From: a virus
Taxonomy: Duplodnaviria > Caudoviricetes
IMG/VR virus record: IMGVR_UViG_3300020037_001525
Span: 25,938-89,937 of that record
Reading direction: 5' to 3' (one strand)
Length of the DNA: 64,000 nt
Below, one piece after another: positions 49,451 through 58,903 of the stretch; within the stretch, counting starts at the first letter, position 1, and each line of letters opens with the position of its first letter. Under the pieces are notes generated by a model that was not told where the DNA came from, made no database searches, and saw only the letters and a program-made list of their open reading frames with translations. Both the position numbers and the translations under genes were made by a program.

Positions 49451-49709
49451 GTATAATATTGGTTTTTTCTATGCTATTGTTAAAAATTAATGTATCTCTA
49501 TATCTGATTTGTGTTTTCAAAATATGAACGGTGTTTTCCAATGAATCTATCATCTCATTGTGTAATTTTGTGTACTGTTCAAGCATGAATTTATCTCGTT
49601 TTTCATTGCTTCTGTTCATCTTTATGATGTTAAACGAATTGTATATAAAATACAAAACAAGCATTAAAATGCCCAATTTCATGACAATATCCATAGTTTT
49701 TGTACTCAT
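49362..49709 (-). CDS. Putative i-spanin-like protein
   Basis: Single N-terminal TM helix followed by coiled-coil. Confidence 0.45.
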   Translation of the reverse strand: MSTKTMDIVMKLGILMLVLYFIYNSFNIIKMNRSNEKRDKFMLEQYTKLHNEMIDSLENTVHILKTQIRYRDTLIFNNSIEKTNIIHEMDAQIAHVVNPSYTKDSIRLFFANNYR

Positions 49710-49712
49710 ATG

Positions 49713-50057
49713 TTATCCTGTTTGCTGGTCTTGTCTATATAATTGATAGATTTTCGACTTCTTGAATTCTTGCATATCTTTTATGAAACACTGCAGTAGT
49801 CTGTGTGTTTCCCTGTTAGTGTTTACACACTCATTGAAAGCCTCAGTGTTCTCCTTTATAAGGTCATTGCTCACCTTCCTGTCAACAGTCATATACTCAT
49901 CCATTTTCTTTTCATACTCATCAAGCTTCCTCTCAGTCTTATCTATGTGTTGAACATATCTCTTCCAAAGTATCCAACCGATGAATACCAATATACCAAA
50001 TAGTAAACTGTTTTCTAATACCTTTCCAAATAACCCTGTTAATGCATCTGTTCCCAT
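49713..50057 (-). CDS. Membrane protein, holin-like
   Basis: N-terminal TM LLFGILVFIGWILW; beside the spanin-like pair. Confidence 0.4.
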   Translation of the reverse strand: MGTDALTGLFGKVLENSLLFGILVFIGWILWKRYVQHIDKTERKLDEYEKKMDEYMTVDRKVSNDLIKENTEAFNECVNTNRETHRLLQCFIKDMQEFKKSKIYQLYRQDQQTG

Positions 50058-50061
50058 GCTG

Positions 50062-51726
50062 TTAAATCTTGTTTAAATAATTATTGAATGCTTTCTCAAA
50101 TGGATTCTCTTCTTGACCACTTCCATCATTATTAACTGCGTAATTCATATCGTTGTCTTGCTGTGGTTGTTCTTCCTCATCTTCCCCACCCTGTTCTTCT
50201 CCACCCATGTCGTCCCCACCTTGTTGCTCAGCTTGTTGCTGTTGCTGTTTTGCCATAATTGCTTGTGAGACTATGCTATTAGCTATTGTGTTTCCACCTT
50301 TCTCTTCACCAACTGGCTTCAAACCTCTCTTGACACGTATCTCGTCTACAGTCATGAAATTCATCAACTTCACATCATCTTCAAGTTCATCTTTAGCACT
50401 ATCTACGCCTAAACCAACAAATTTAAACACAAATTCAGGGTCAATTCTTTGAACTATATACTTATTGATTTTTCTCTCAAGAAATTTCAATAGTGGTAAT
50501 AAACCCTTATCTTTACTGTGCTTCAATCTTGCTTCATTGTTACCTTCGAACATAGATTTTTGTTCTGAACCACCTGATAGTGGAAAGTTAATCTCTGCTG
50601 GGTCTATTCTGTAAATGGCACATGAAAGTTTTATCAGATATTCTTGCCAATTTGAGAACTCCATATCTCTATTGTTCTTCTGTAGGTCAATCCAATCGAT
50701 ATCTCCTTCAAGTATTGGAGTCTTATGTGTGTTGTAAACACCTGACATCATGCCTTGCCACATCTGTTTAAACTGTGATAGCTTATCAGAAGATATTGAA
50801 GTTCCTGGTTTAATCTTGAAGAACCCTTTAGGTGCAGAACCTTGCATAAAGAATCTTCTGTTATACTCATCAGAATACAACATAGATGTTATTATTTGGG
50901 TCATCATCTCTATTTCAGAAACGCCATATCCATTTGAATATATGTTAGTCGTTGGATTTCTAACACCGAAACACATCTCCCATGGATAATAATCTGCTGT
51001 AATTGCGCTATCCTTAATTTGACAAAATGATGGATAGTATCCCATGACCTCTATTCTATCTCTGAATCTCTCATCCTTTTCATACAATTCTTTGTCAATG
51101 GAATCAGCTATTCTAATCGTTGCACCATCAACTGCAAAGAACTCAACAGGTCTGCCCCTCCTATCATGCACTACTTCAAAACAGGCTTGGTCGAATGTCA
51201 AACTATCATTTAATAACTTTCTTATGAAAGAATCGAAGTCATCACCATCGAATTTGTTATTAAGACCACCATCAAGCAAGAATTGTGTTATTCTTTCTGC
51301 CCTTAATAGGTCTTCTTTATCCATTTGCTTGGTTTCTTTATCATAGAACCCAGTTTTCTTCTTTATTACAAACCCTGCGTCATACTTTGTTTCTTGTGGT
51401 TCGCAAAACGCTAACACCTGTTCAATTCTTGTATTGATTACAGAACGGATGATTGGTGCTGTGTAAGATATACGTCTTGCCATAGAATAAGATACAGAAA
51501 ATGGCTTGTCTTTGTACCCCATGAAATTCTGAAACTCATATGGGTCTACAATGTATGATTTTTTGTTTATATCCTCTCTATTCTCTACATTTAGTATGTT
51601 ATTTGCTTTTATTAAGTCGCTTGGGTGATTTGAATGTATAGCTTGGTTCACAAGTATTGCCTTCTTCGCAGTAAGTTTTCTTTCTGCAAGTTCTATGGTC
51701 TCTATGCGTTTCTTTATAGTTGACAT
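50062..51726 (-). CDS. Portal protein
   Basis: LTFDQACFE..FAVDGATIR, YGVSEIE, FFMQGSAPKG, RDMEF..AIYRIDPAEINF, GLLPLL portal motifs. Confidence 0.9.
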   Translation of the reverse strand: MSTIKKRIETIELAERKLTAKKAILVNQAIHSNHPSDLIKANNILNVENREDINKKSYIVDPYEFQNFMGYKDKPFSVSYSMARRISYTAPIIRSVINTRIEQVLAFCEPQETKYDAGFVIKKKTGFYDKETKQMDKEDLLRAERITQFLLDGGLNNKFDGDDFDSFIRKLLNDSLTFDQACFEVVHDRRGRPVEFFAVDGATIRIADSIDKELYEKDERFRDRIEVMGYYPSFCQIKDSAITADYYPWEMCFGVRNPTTNIYSNGYGVSEIEMMTQIITSMLYSDEYNRRFFMQGSAPKGFFKIKPGTSISSDKLSQFKQMWQGMMSGVYNTHKTPILEGDIDWIDLQKNNRDMEFSNWQEYLIKLSCAIYRIDPAEINFPLSGGSEQKSMFEGNNEARLKHSKDKGLLPLLKFLERKINKYIVQRIDPEFVFKFVGLGVDSAKDELEDDVKLMNFMTVDEIRVKRGLKPVGEEKGGNTIANSIVSQAIMAKQQQQQAEQQGGDDMGGEEQGGEDEEEQPQQDNDMNYAVNNDGSGQEENPFEKAFNNYLNKI

Positions 51727-51783
51727 AATTTATGTTAATGAGATTTGTAATAACTGTTGTCTAACGCATATTGTACAAGTATT

Positions 51784-52369
51784 TCATCTTGGTTTGAATT
51801 CTAATTCAACTGTATTCATGCCTTTCAAGTATTGTTCCACAATTGATTCTTTCAATACTATTATCTTGACTTTCTTAACATTGTTGCAAACCCATTTGAT
51901 TTTATTGTATTGCCCATTTTTGATACAAGTCTTTATTGTATACATGGATTTTATTTCTAACATATAATCATCTGTCTCAAAATCTGCGGTGTACCAGCCA
52001 AGTGGTGTCTTTACATTATTAGCTTTCTGAACACTTTGTTCCTCTTAAATATTTCAAGTAATAATACAATTCATACCTGCCTTGTATTGTGAAACCATCA
52101 ATTTTGTAAAATTTACACTTACCACCTCTATTGATGAAACCACTTTCATTGATTTTCTTCATACGTTGGCTTAGTGTCTTCCTTTGTTCTTCTGATAAGT
52201 TCAATTTCTTACCCTTAGTACATAAATTCTTGCTTAACACATCTCCATTCTTAGAAAATCTCTTCTTCATTCTAAGACTCTGTCTTCTCTTGAATTCTTC
52301 TGAATGGCTGAATGTGTTACCATAATTAGGATTGTTTTCACCAAATATATCACGTTTGTTCATAACCAA
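51784..52369 (-). pseudogene. Frameshifted NUMOD3 + PD-(D/E)xK-type homing endonuclease
   Basis: Frame 1 (GENNPNYG..HSEEFKRRQS) stops at 52019. The +1 frame continues EEQSVQK..YTADFETDDYMLEIKS to TGA at 51784. Confidence 0.7.
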
Positions 52370-52382
52370 AACTCATTTAGAA

Positions 52383-53339
52383 CTAAATAACTGGATTGTA
52401 TTTATCTCTTGATTTCCCAATTCCAGTTTTTATCTTCCAGTACTTCTGGTATTCGCACAAGAAAAATTCGATATTAGATAACACAATATTCCAATCACAC
52501 AATTCATACTTCTCTTGCTGCTTGTTCCACTGTACATACTTGAAGTCCTCTGGTAGTAGGTCTCTTGATAAATCTTGTATTTCTCTCAATGTATCAAGAG
52601 TTTGTGGTCTTGATGGCATTATAATACGCAAACCCAGCTGCGCTCCTGGTCCGATGTTAGTCCATGTGTTTTCTGTTGCCAAAAACTCTGATTTCTCTGT
52701 ATATTTAGTCATGTAACACATATCCAAAAACCATTCATGTGATACGAATTTTCCAATTCCTTCAACCATAGTCATCTTCCTTATCAATTCTTTCCATGAA
52801 TATTTACCTATGAATCCAATAAAGTATATTTCAGATATATGTTTATACAGCGATGGTACTATATATTTAGCACAAGCCAATCCCTGAGTTGTGCCCTTAG
52901 CTAACCAACTATTTATGGCATAAGCCTTTTTGTTTGTTGAAGGTTTGTATTCTTCATAGCACTCAACAACATAATAGAATGATTCTGGTGTGTACTCAAC
53001 TATTGTCGGTATTTCAACAATGTTAAGAAATTCTACATTGTTATACAATCTCGATATACAGATTTTCCAAAGTTTATCTGCTTCTGATAACTCCTTGTTG
53101 AGTATTATATTGTGTATAATCCACTGTGATACCTTGTCTAATTCTCTGTAAGCATTGCAGAATTTATACTTAGAAAGTATATCATCGTCCTTATTCCATT
53201 GTTTTCGTGGCAAATTAAGCATGTTTCTGTCATACCAAATCTCCTGTCTTATATACATCGTTGTGAAGAATTCTGCTAAGTTTTCCTCATGTATTTCTAT
53301 ATCTTTTGATGGAAAGTATTTCTCAAAGTCTGTTGACAT
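52383..53339 (-). CDS. 5-hmdU DNA kinase-like protein (aGPT-Pplase1 family)
   Basis: RQEIWY.R..LPRKQW..DDILSKYKFCNAYRELDKVSQWI, GIGKFVSHE, NIGPGAQLGL, IEFFLCEYQKY. Confidence 0.82.
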   Translation of the reverse strand: MSTDFEKYFPSKDIEIHEENLAEFFTTMYIRQEIWYDRNMLNLPRKQWNKDDDILSKYKFCNAYRELDKVSQWIIHNIILNKELSEADKLWKICISRLYNNVEFLNIVEIPTIVEYTPESFYYVVECYEEYKPSTNKKAYAINSWLAKGTTQGLACAKYIVPSLYKHISEIYFIGFIGKYSWKELIRKMTMVEGIGKFVSHEWFLDMCYMTKYTEKSEFLATENTWTNIGPGAQLGLRIIMPSRPQTLDTLREIQDLSRDLLPEDFKYVQWNKQQEKYELCDWNIVLSNIEFFLCEYQKYWKIKTGIGKSRDKYNPVI

Positions 53340-53367
53340 TGAAATTTTTAACTGCTAATCGAATTCA

Positions 53368-53937
53368 TTAGAATTTGTACTCATAGAATTCAATGATGAA
53401 GTCTTCCACCATTTTCTGAGAATATAAGCATCCTATATTGAAATCATTCTTCTTCAGAACCTTAGCTGCTTTTGTTGGTTCAGTTCTTGATGTACTTATA
53501 TCATGGTCTACTACAAGTTCACGTTTCTTTGTGTATCCCCAAAATGTGAATCCTAATTTATTGTAGAACATGACCGAATCTAATGTTGATGCGAGACTGT
53601 ATATACGTTTTGGGTCTTCCTTCTTTAAGGTGTATTCAATTAATGCTCTCTGCACTCCTTGACCTCTATATTCTGGCACTGTGTAGATGAAATATATATT
53701 GAGATAGTCATCCTTACCATGTTTGTATGATATGAATCCACATATTTCTCCATCGTTGGCACACATCGCCAGAACCTTGCAACCATAAAAATGGCTTATC
53801 CTTGCCTCTGACAGAAACGACTTATCCTCTTTGCTTTGTGAAGCCTTGGATTGTGATTTCAAAAAGTCATAAAACATCTGCTTTTCTGATTCTGGTATGT
53901 AGCAGAATGACACTGATTCCTCTGTTAATATTTTCAT
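53368..53937 (-). CDS. GNAT acetyltransferase
   Basis: IYTVPEYRGQGV (motif A) and FYNKLGF. Confidence 0.88.
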   Translation of the reverse strand: MKILTEESVSFCYIPESEKQMFYDFLKSQSKASQSKEDKSFLSEARISHFYGCKVLAMCANDGEICGFISYKHGKDDYLNIYFIYTVPEYRGQGVQRALIEYTLKKEDPKRIYSLASTLDSVMFYNKLGFTFWGYTKKRELVVDHDISTSRTEPTKAAKVLKKNDFNIGCLYSQKMVEDFIIEFYEYKF

Positions 53938-54560
53938 GATAAAGATAGTATTTTATTCAAGACTTCCATCTCGATTTGTTCAGGTGAATTCAAAGCATCA
54001 ATTTGTATCTTATTCAACACTCTGTCTTGTACTTTATTCCAGATATTCATATATTGCTTGTTCTTACCAATCACTGAATCATAATTCCTATCAGATATGC
54101 TAAGCAACAAATGTTCATTGTTATCAGGATACATGTTATGCAATTTCTTATATTGTCTTAACTTCAAACGCTTGATGTTTTCATCATAGCTTATATTCAA
54201 GTGTACTAACAAGAAATTCTCATCAATTTTCTCTACAAAATCAAACCAAGTATATGCTGCTTGCGCACCTTCTACTATCACAAATTCACAATCTTCGTTG
54301 GCTTTGCGTATGCTTAATTCCACACCTTCTGTTTTCAACCATCCCATGACTGGGTCTATACCGCAAGTAGCCACACCATCCTTCATTTGTCCAATGGACG
54401 CAACTCTGCCAATTCTGCTGTACATAAAATTGACACCATTTTCTGTTCCCTTCACTATATCACAACCATGCTCATGCCCATCATAGGATAATGTGGATAT
54501 TAGATTTTTGTTCAGTGTTGTTTTACCAGAAGCCATGCTTCCCATTATCCATATTATCAT
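53934..54560 (-). CDS. P-loop nucleotide kinase
   Basis: Walker A GSMASGKTT, IVEG, lid Arg region KRLKLRQ. Confidence 0.8.
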   Translation of the reverse strand: MIIWIMGSMASGKTTLNKNLISTLSYDGHEHGCDIVKGTENGVNFMYSRIGRVASIGQMKDGVATCGIDPVMGWLKTEGVELSIRKANEDCEFVIVEGAQAAYTWFDFVEKIDENFLLVHLNISYDENIKRLKLRQYKKLHNMYPDNNEHLLLSISDRNYDSVIGKNKQYMNIWNKVQDRVLNKIQIDALNSPEQIEMEVLNKILSLS

Positions 54561-54727
54561 TGCTTTCTTTTTGTTTGAACTTTACTACTTGTTATGTGGA
54601 AACACTTGCATTCAGTGCAATAGTATGACCTCTTTGGTATGATTGACTCACTGCTATGCTTTTTTATATAAGCAATAGCTTCATTTGCTTCTCTCTGTCT
54701 CATGTATTTGGTTTTATTGCAACTCAT
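54557..54727 (-). CDS. Small Zn-finger protein (56 aa)
   Basis: Below the track cut-off. Hand translation MSCNKTKY..KRSYYCTECKCFHITSS; ATGA overlaps with both neighbours. Confidence 0.7.
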   Translation of the reverse strand: MSCNKTKYMRQREANEAIAYIKKHSSESIIPKRSYYCTECKCFHITSSKVQTKRKQ

Positions 54728-55746
54728 TGTATTCCTTCATATTTGCTATCAGTGAACCAATCAATCAATTCAACCTGCCCTTTGTCAAGGAAATAGTGCA
54801 TCCTGCGCTCATCCACTTTGTTTCTTAACAGTTCTGGTATGAGTGTTTCTTCCCTTGCATCCCATAGTAGCTTCCACTCAATTCCTGGCCAATAGTGGTC
54901 AACCTCACATCGCTTTATGTTTTCTGCTTGTCTGTCTATGTAATATCCTAAGTATCTCCCGTGTTTTTTACGAAACATTTTCTTGAAGCTACATAATGAT
55001 GTTTCCATAGTGAAATAATCTACTTCAACGTCTGGATACTCACTTCTCATCTCATCCAGAATTTGCTTTGCTTCTTGGTCAAGATATTCATGCGTTTCTT
55101 TGTCGAATGGTGTTCCTTTTTCCGTCATCTCATCCATAGCAATTGTGTAAAATAAACCATTTCTATGGCTCGTACTTGAATCATCCTTCAACAATAGGTC
55201 TCGTGGCATTACTGGTAAATCGCATGTCTCTCTCAATGTTTGTAAATAGAAGAATGCTAAGTACCTTCCGAATTTGAAAAAGTCCTTCTTGATTATCTTC
55301 ATAGCAATATCAAAATTGTCCTCTTCCGAACCACCTATGCAAACTGTTTCCCTGAAATACTGTTCTTGTGTCGTACAACCGAATTCATATACATTCTTCC
55401 TGTATGAAGCAAACATTGCTGGGAGATGACCTCTCTGCCATTTATTGTCTGTTTCGTATATAAGTTTCTTGTAATTCTCTGCATTCCACTTCTCAAGTCT
55501 CTCTTGGTCAACATTCTCGAAGTCAGGAAATTCATTCCATATAATCCATGTTGTCGCAACATTATATGTATTAGCATATATCCAAGCTATCCAATATCTC
55601 TGTTCTATGTTCAATTCCATACGCTTATGGATATAATTCAACATATACATAGCAGGGTCACAATCTTGAGTCATTAGTTGCCAATGATAGTATCTCTTGA
55701 AGAACTCTCTACGTAAATTGTAATCTTGTGTTCTGTAATCTTTCAT
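54724..55746 (-). CDS. Amino acid:DNA transferase-like protein (aGPT-Pplase2 family)
   Basis: DCDPA..QRYWIAWIYANTY..EFPDF, FGRYLAFFYLQTL, SHRNGL, ETSLCSFK, RYLGYY.DRQAE. Confidence 0.8.
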   Translation of the reverse strand: MKDYRTQDYNLRREFFKRYYHWQLMTQDCDPAMYMLNYIHKRMELNIEQRYWIAWIYANTYNVATTWIIWNEFPDFENVDQERLEKWNAENYKKLIYETDNKWQRGHLPAMFASYRKNVYEFGCTTQEQYFRETVCIGGSEEDNFDIAMKIIKKDFFKFGRYLAFFYLQTLRETCDLPVMPRDLLLKDDSSTSHRNGLFYTIAMDEMTEKGTPFDKETHEYLDQEAKQILDEMRSEYPDVEVDYFTMETSLCSFKKMFRKKHGRYLGYYIDRQAENIKRCEVDHYWPGIEWKLLWDAREETLIPELLRNKVDERRMHYFLDKGQVELIDWFTDSKYEGIQ

Positions 55747-56474
55747 TATGATATGTATTTATCTTCTGATTTTGTTCTGATTTGTTTATCCTCTATGTGT
55801 TTAACATTGTAGGAAAGTTCATTTGATATAAGTAAATTACCACTTTCAGCAGTATGAAAAAAGTAGTAAACAAATGGTTCTGTTGGGAAGATTTTGACGT
55901 TCTCATATCCCAGATTCTTCATTGCTCTCTTTATTATATCTTTTGTAGAAGCAAACCCAGCAAATTTTTCTCCTGCAAATAACCACAGTGGTCTTGTTTC
56001 ATTGCGAAAACAATACAAATTTTCTGTATCTAAAACGCCACAGGCTATGGAAGATTTCTTGAACTTCTTAAATACAACAGAACCTTCTTCTATGCATTTA
56101 AGCAACAACTCACTGTCATTCTTTGTTTTGAAGTCTGTATAACCGAAGTGTTCTTCCCACATTTCTGGTTTCTCCTGTGTGATGATGCCGTTATGTGTTA
56201 TAGCTATTTCTTCAGTTGATATTGGTTGATGATGTTTGATGAAAGATGTGGAATACCTAACATGACCTATCATTCTTGGAGACCATGGAAGTTCATACTC
56301 TTTAACAAACTTATCTGCTGACATAGCCACCGTTACAGTATCTACAACTCCGTCTTCTATGGTTGATATTCCCACTGAGTGTCTGCCTCTGATTTGTGAT
56401 TGCTTGAGCAATTCTTCAAATACTGTAATCCCTATATTCTTGCCCTTACTGATTAATCCTACAATTCCACACAT
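55746..56474 (-). CDS. Class II (Ntn) glutamine amidotransferase, stand-alone
   Basis: N-terminal MCGIVG, RGRHSVG, IGHVRYST, HNGII, NDSE, FRNETRPL. Confidence 0.88.
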   Translation of the reverse strand: MCGIVGLISKGKNIGITVFEELLKQSQIRGRHSVGISTIEDGVVDTVTVAMSADKFVKEYELPWSPRMIGHVRYSTSFIKHHQPISTEEIAITHNGIITQEKPEMWEEHFGYTDFKTKNDSELLLKCIEEGSVVFKKFKKSSIACGVLDTENLYCFRNETRPLWLFAGEKFAGFASTKDIIKRAMKNLGYENVKIFPTEPFVYYFFHTAESGNLLISNELSYNVKHIEDKQIRTKSEDKYIS

Positions 56475-56475
56475 A

Positions 56476-56925
56476 TTATTTTTGGTTTATTGGTTTTAAA
56501 ATGTATTTTGGTAAAGATTCTGTATGAAAATCAATGTTTCTTATTCTTATTGATGGTATTCCAATCTTCGATGTACCTCTCAATGCTTCTGAAATCAAGA
56601 ATGTTTCATTTACATTGTTTTCAAATTTCACTTTTTCTACTATCGCTAAGTGTAACCCTGACAACACTTCTTTGTAATACAATATACAGTTTCCACCGAT
56701 TTTCATTGGTAAGAATTGAGTGTTTGCATTATCCCACATAAGAATATCACCGACTTGTATATGATTGTAATTATATTCGTGCTTCTTAAAATATGTATCA
56801 AGATGTTTTTCTATGCTCAAATTATACAATTTCGCATCGTCTATATTGAGATATGCTTCCAACCCTCTTCTCCTTATAACGTATGTAAAACATGTGTCTT
56901 GCTTGTTAAGTGTCACTTCTCGCAT
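56476..56925 (-). CDS. Hypothetical protein
   Basis: 149 aa ORF ending 1 bp before the amidotransferase start. Confidence 0.6.
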   Translation of the reverse strand: MREVTLNKQDTCFTYVIRRRGLEAYLNIDDAKLYNLSIEKHLDTYFKKHEYNYNHIQVGDILMWDNANTQFLPMKIGGNCILYYKEVLSGLHLAIVEKVKFENNVNETFLISEALRGTSKIGIPSIRIRNIDFHTESLPKYILKPINQK

Positions 56926-56964
56926 ATTCTGTTAGCTTTCTTTTGTTGTTAATAACTTTAAACA

Positions 56965-56993
56965 AGAATGCCCATCACATGGATGAGCATTCT
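56965..56993 (-). terminator. Possible terminator hairpin
   Basis: AGAATGC.CATC / GATG.GCATTCT downstream of 57020..57295. Confidence 0.4.
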
Positions 56994-57019
56994 CATAAGC
57001 ATAAATGTGGAAATTTATA

Positions 57020-57295
57020 CTATTTTTTCTTGGCAACCACAACTTTTTTCTTAGTTGTTGTTTCCTCCATGGTTGCCCACTCGTTTTCTACAGCTGCTTC
57101 AGCTTGGTCTTTGGACATGATTTTGGTAATTTTGTTACCATCTTCATCCACGCCAGATGCAATGAATCTGTTGTTTGAGTTCTTAATTACTACATCCTGC
57201 ATAAGATTGCTGGATTTTGTCTTCATACAATATCCGAAGATACCTTCTTGTTGTTCTGCGGCTTTCTTTGAAACCACTTTTTTAGCTGTTGCCAT
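57020..57295 (-). CDS. Small basic protein (DUF5679-like)
   Basis: GYCMKTK..NNRFIASGVDEDGNKITKI with Lys-rich ends. Confidence 0.5.
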   Translation of the reverse strand: MATAKKVVSKKAAEQQEGIFGYCMKTKSSNLMQDVVIKNSNNRFIASGVDEDGNKITKIMSKDQAEAAVENEWATMEETTTKKKVVVAKKK

Positions 57296-57401
57296 GTTTA
57301 TTGTTTTTTAGATGTTATGTAACTGTGTTGCGTGTTATAGTGAATTTTACAAGTATGTGAATTGACATAGGATTGTGTCTCTAACAAGAGAAAAAATATT
57401 T

Positions 57402-58013
57402 TTACAAGTTGTCGAACCTCATATTATCGCTTAAGAATTCCAATATCTTCAGATGAATATCTTCCAATTCTTCATCTGCATTAATCTTTATGTGAGCATC
57501 ACATAAGTGTTTGGTTCTCTCATACAGACTATAGAAACCTCTCTGCTTACCTGCAAGATTTTCCTTAGTCTTATCACTTAAATCTTCTACAATTCCACTC
57601 TTGATGTATCTTCTATGTATAACTCTATAGAAATTGTCTTCTGGTGTCTCAAAATGCAAGTATATAACCAATAAGTTTATGCTGTACTTGCGTAACAATT
57701 CTATGTGTTTCCCTGTACTCATGATAGGGTCTAATACAATTACATCTATGCTTGCTTCTCTTTTCATTATCTCATCATAAGTCAATATGACTTGTGATTT
57801 CTGTGGTAATGTATCTGTCCCTGTGCATTGATTGTCTTTAATCCCACCTATGTGTACTGAATTATCGTATAACGTATATTCCCACTTCAAACCACCTTCA
57901 AATCCAGAGAATATGGTCTTTTCTGCAGAATTGGACAAAGACTCATGTATGAGTCTTGCCTGTGTAGTCTTGCCAGAAGCATTGCTTCCGTATATCCAAA
58001 TTACATTCTTCAT
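57402..58013 (-). CDS. P-loop nucleotide kinase, paralog of 53934..54560
   Basis: GSNASGKTT; HIGGIKD..CTGTD resembles SIGQMKD..TCGID of the other kinase. Confidence 0.75.
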   Translation of the reverse strand: MKNVIWIYGSNASGKTTQARLIHESLSNSAEKTIFSGFEGGLKWEYTLYDNSVHIGGIKDNQCTGTDTLPQKSQVILTYDEIMKREASIDVIVLDPIMSTGKHIELLRKYSINLLVIYLHFETPEDNFYRVIHRRYIKSGIVEDLSDKTKENLAGKQRGFYSLYERTKHLCDAHIKINADEELEDIHLKILEFLSDNMRFDNL

Positions 58014-58279
58014 TAAAACTCACACATTGATTTCACTTGTTCTCTGATTTTGTCAATTCCTAATGTGTCTATGTTAGTGTTGAAAACAACCAATTCTGTT
58101 ATTTCATCAGAATTCAATGTAGTTATCAGCATATAGCCATACTTTGAAACATGTTTTTGTAATTCTTTTGTGTTCTGAACACAACTTGCTTTGTCTGATG
58201 AATGCGCAAATTTAACCCATATTATGGGTTGTATTGGGTTTGCCCACATAAATAAACTTCTTATTAATTTCTTTATCAT
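58013..58279 (-). CDS. Hypothetical protein
   Basis: 88 aa, overlapping both neighbours. Confidence 0.55.
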   Translation of the reverse strand: MIKKLIRSLFMWANPIQPIIWVKFAHSSDKASCVQNTKELQKHVSKYGYMLITTLNSDEITELVVFNTNIDTLGIDKIREQVKSMCEF

Positions 58280-58731
58280 TTTGGTTGTTTTTTAAGTCCT
58301 ATTTTAGATAACTTGTCTGCTTGTTGATTCTGTTCTCTTGGTATCCATATTATTTTCTTGTATTCCTCTCCAACATTTGATGCTCTTAATAACATCCATG
58401 CTGCTCTGTATCTGTCCTTGAACATCTTATCATTCATTTTCCAAAGTCCATTGAATTGATTTGTTATTAACTGACTGTCGGAATATATTTCTACAATAGT
58501 GTCTTCATCGATTACACAATCTTCAGACAATTCCTTTATTATGCACATTGTTGTAACACAAGCATTCCATTCTGCTACATTACTTGTACCCAATGGAAAA
58601 TACTCAGACACTGAAAACTCACTAAAGTATGTATCCTCCATGTAAACAGCAACACCAATCCCCATAGGAGATAGTTCATCTTTCTTGTTGTGACAAGCAC
58701 CATCGAAGTATATTGATAATTTACTAAGCAT
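58276..58731 (-). CDS. RNase H-like protein
   Basis: YFDGAC, SNVAEWNA, YSDSQL, WIPREQNQQADKLS. Confidence 0.88.
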   Translation of the reverse strand: MLSKLSIYFDGACHNKKDELSPMGIGVAVYMEDTYFSEFSVSEYFPLGTSNVAEWNACVTTMCIIKELSEDCVIDEDTIVEIYSDSQLITNQFNGLWKMNDKMFKDRYRAAWMLLRASNVGEEYKKIIWIPREQNQQADKLSKIGLKKQPK

Positions 58732-58903
58732 CGTGCATTCTTCTCAAATTAGGTCGTCCTAAGTGGTTGTTCATGTATTTTCTTCGCTTCAACTTCTTGA
58801 TTCGATGTGCTCTCTGAATCCACACTTCTTCATATTGAAGTTCATCAAACTTCACAGTTCGCAAACTATCCTCTAATGACTCAACTTTCCATATCCTACT
58901 CAT
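58724..58903 (-). CDS. Small basic hypothetical protein (59 aa)
   Basis: Hand translation MSRIWKVESL..RRMHDA; overlaps the ligase stop and the RNase H start. Confidence 0.5.
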   Translation of the reverse strand: MSRIWKVESLEDSLRTVKFDELQYEEVWIQRAHRIKKLKRRKYMNNHLGRPNLRRMHDA

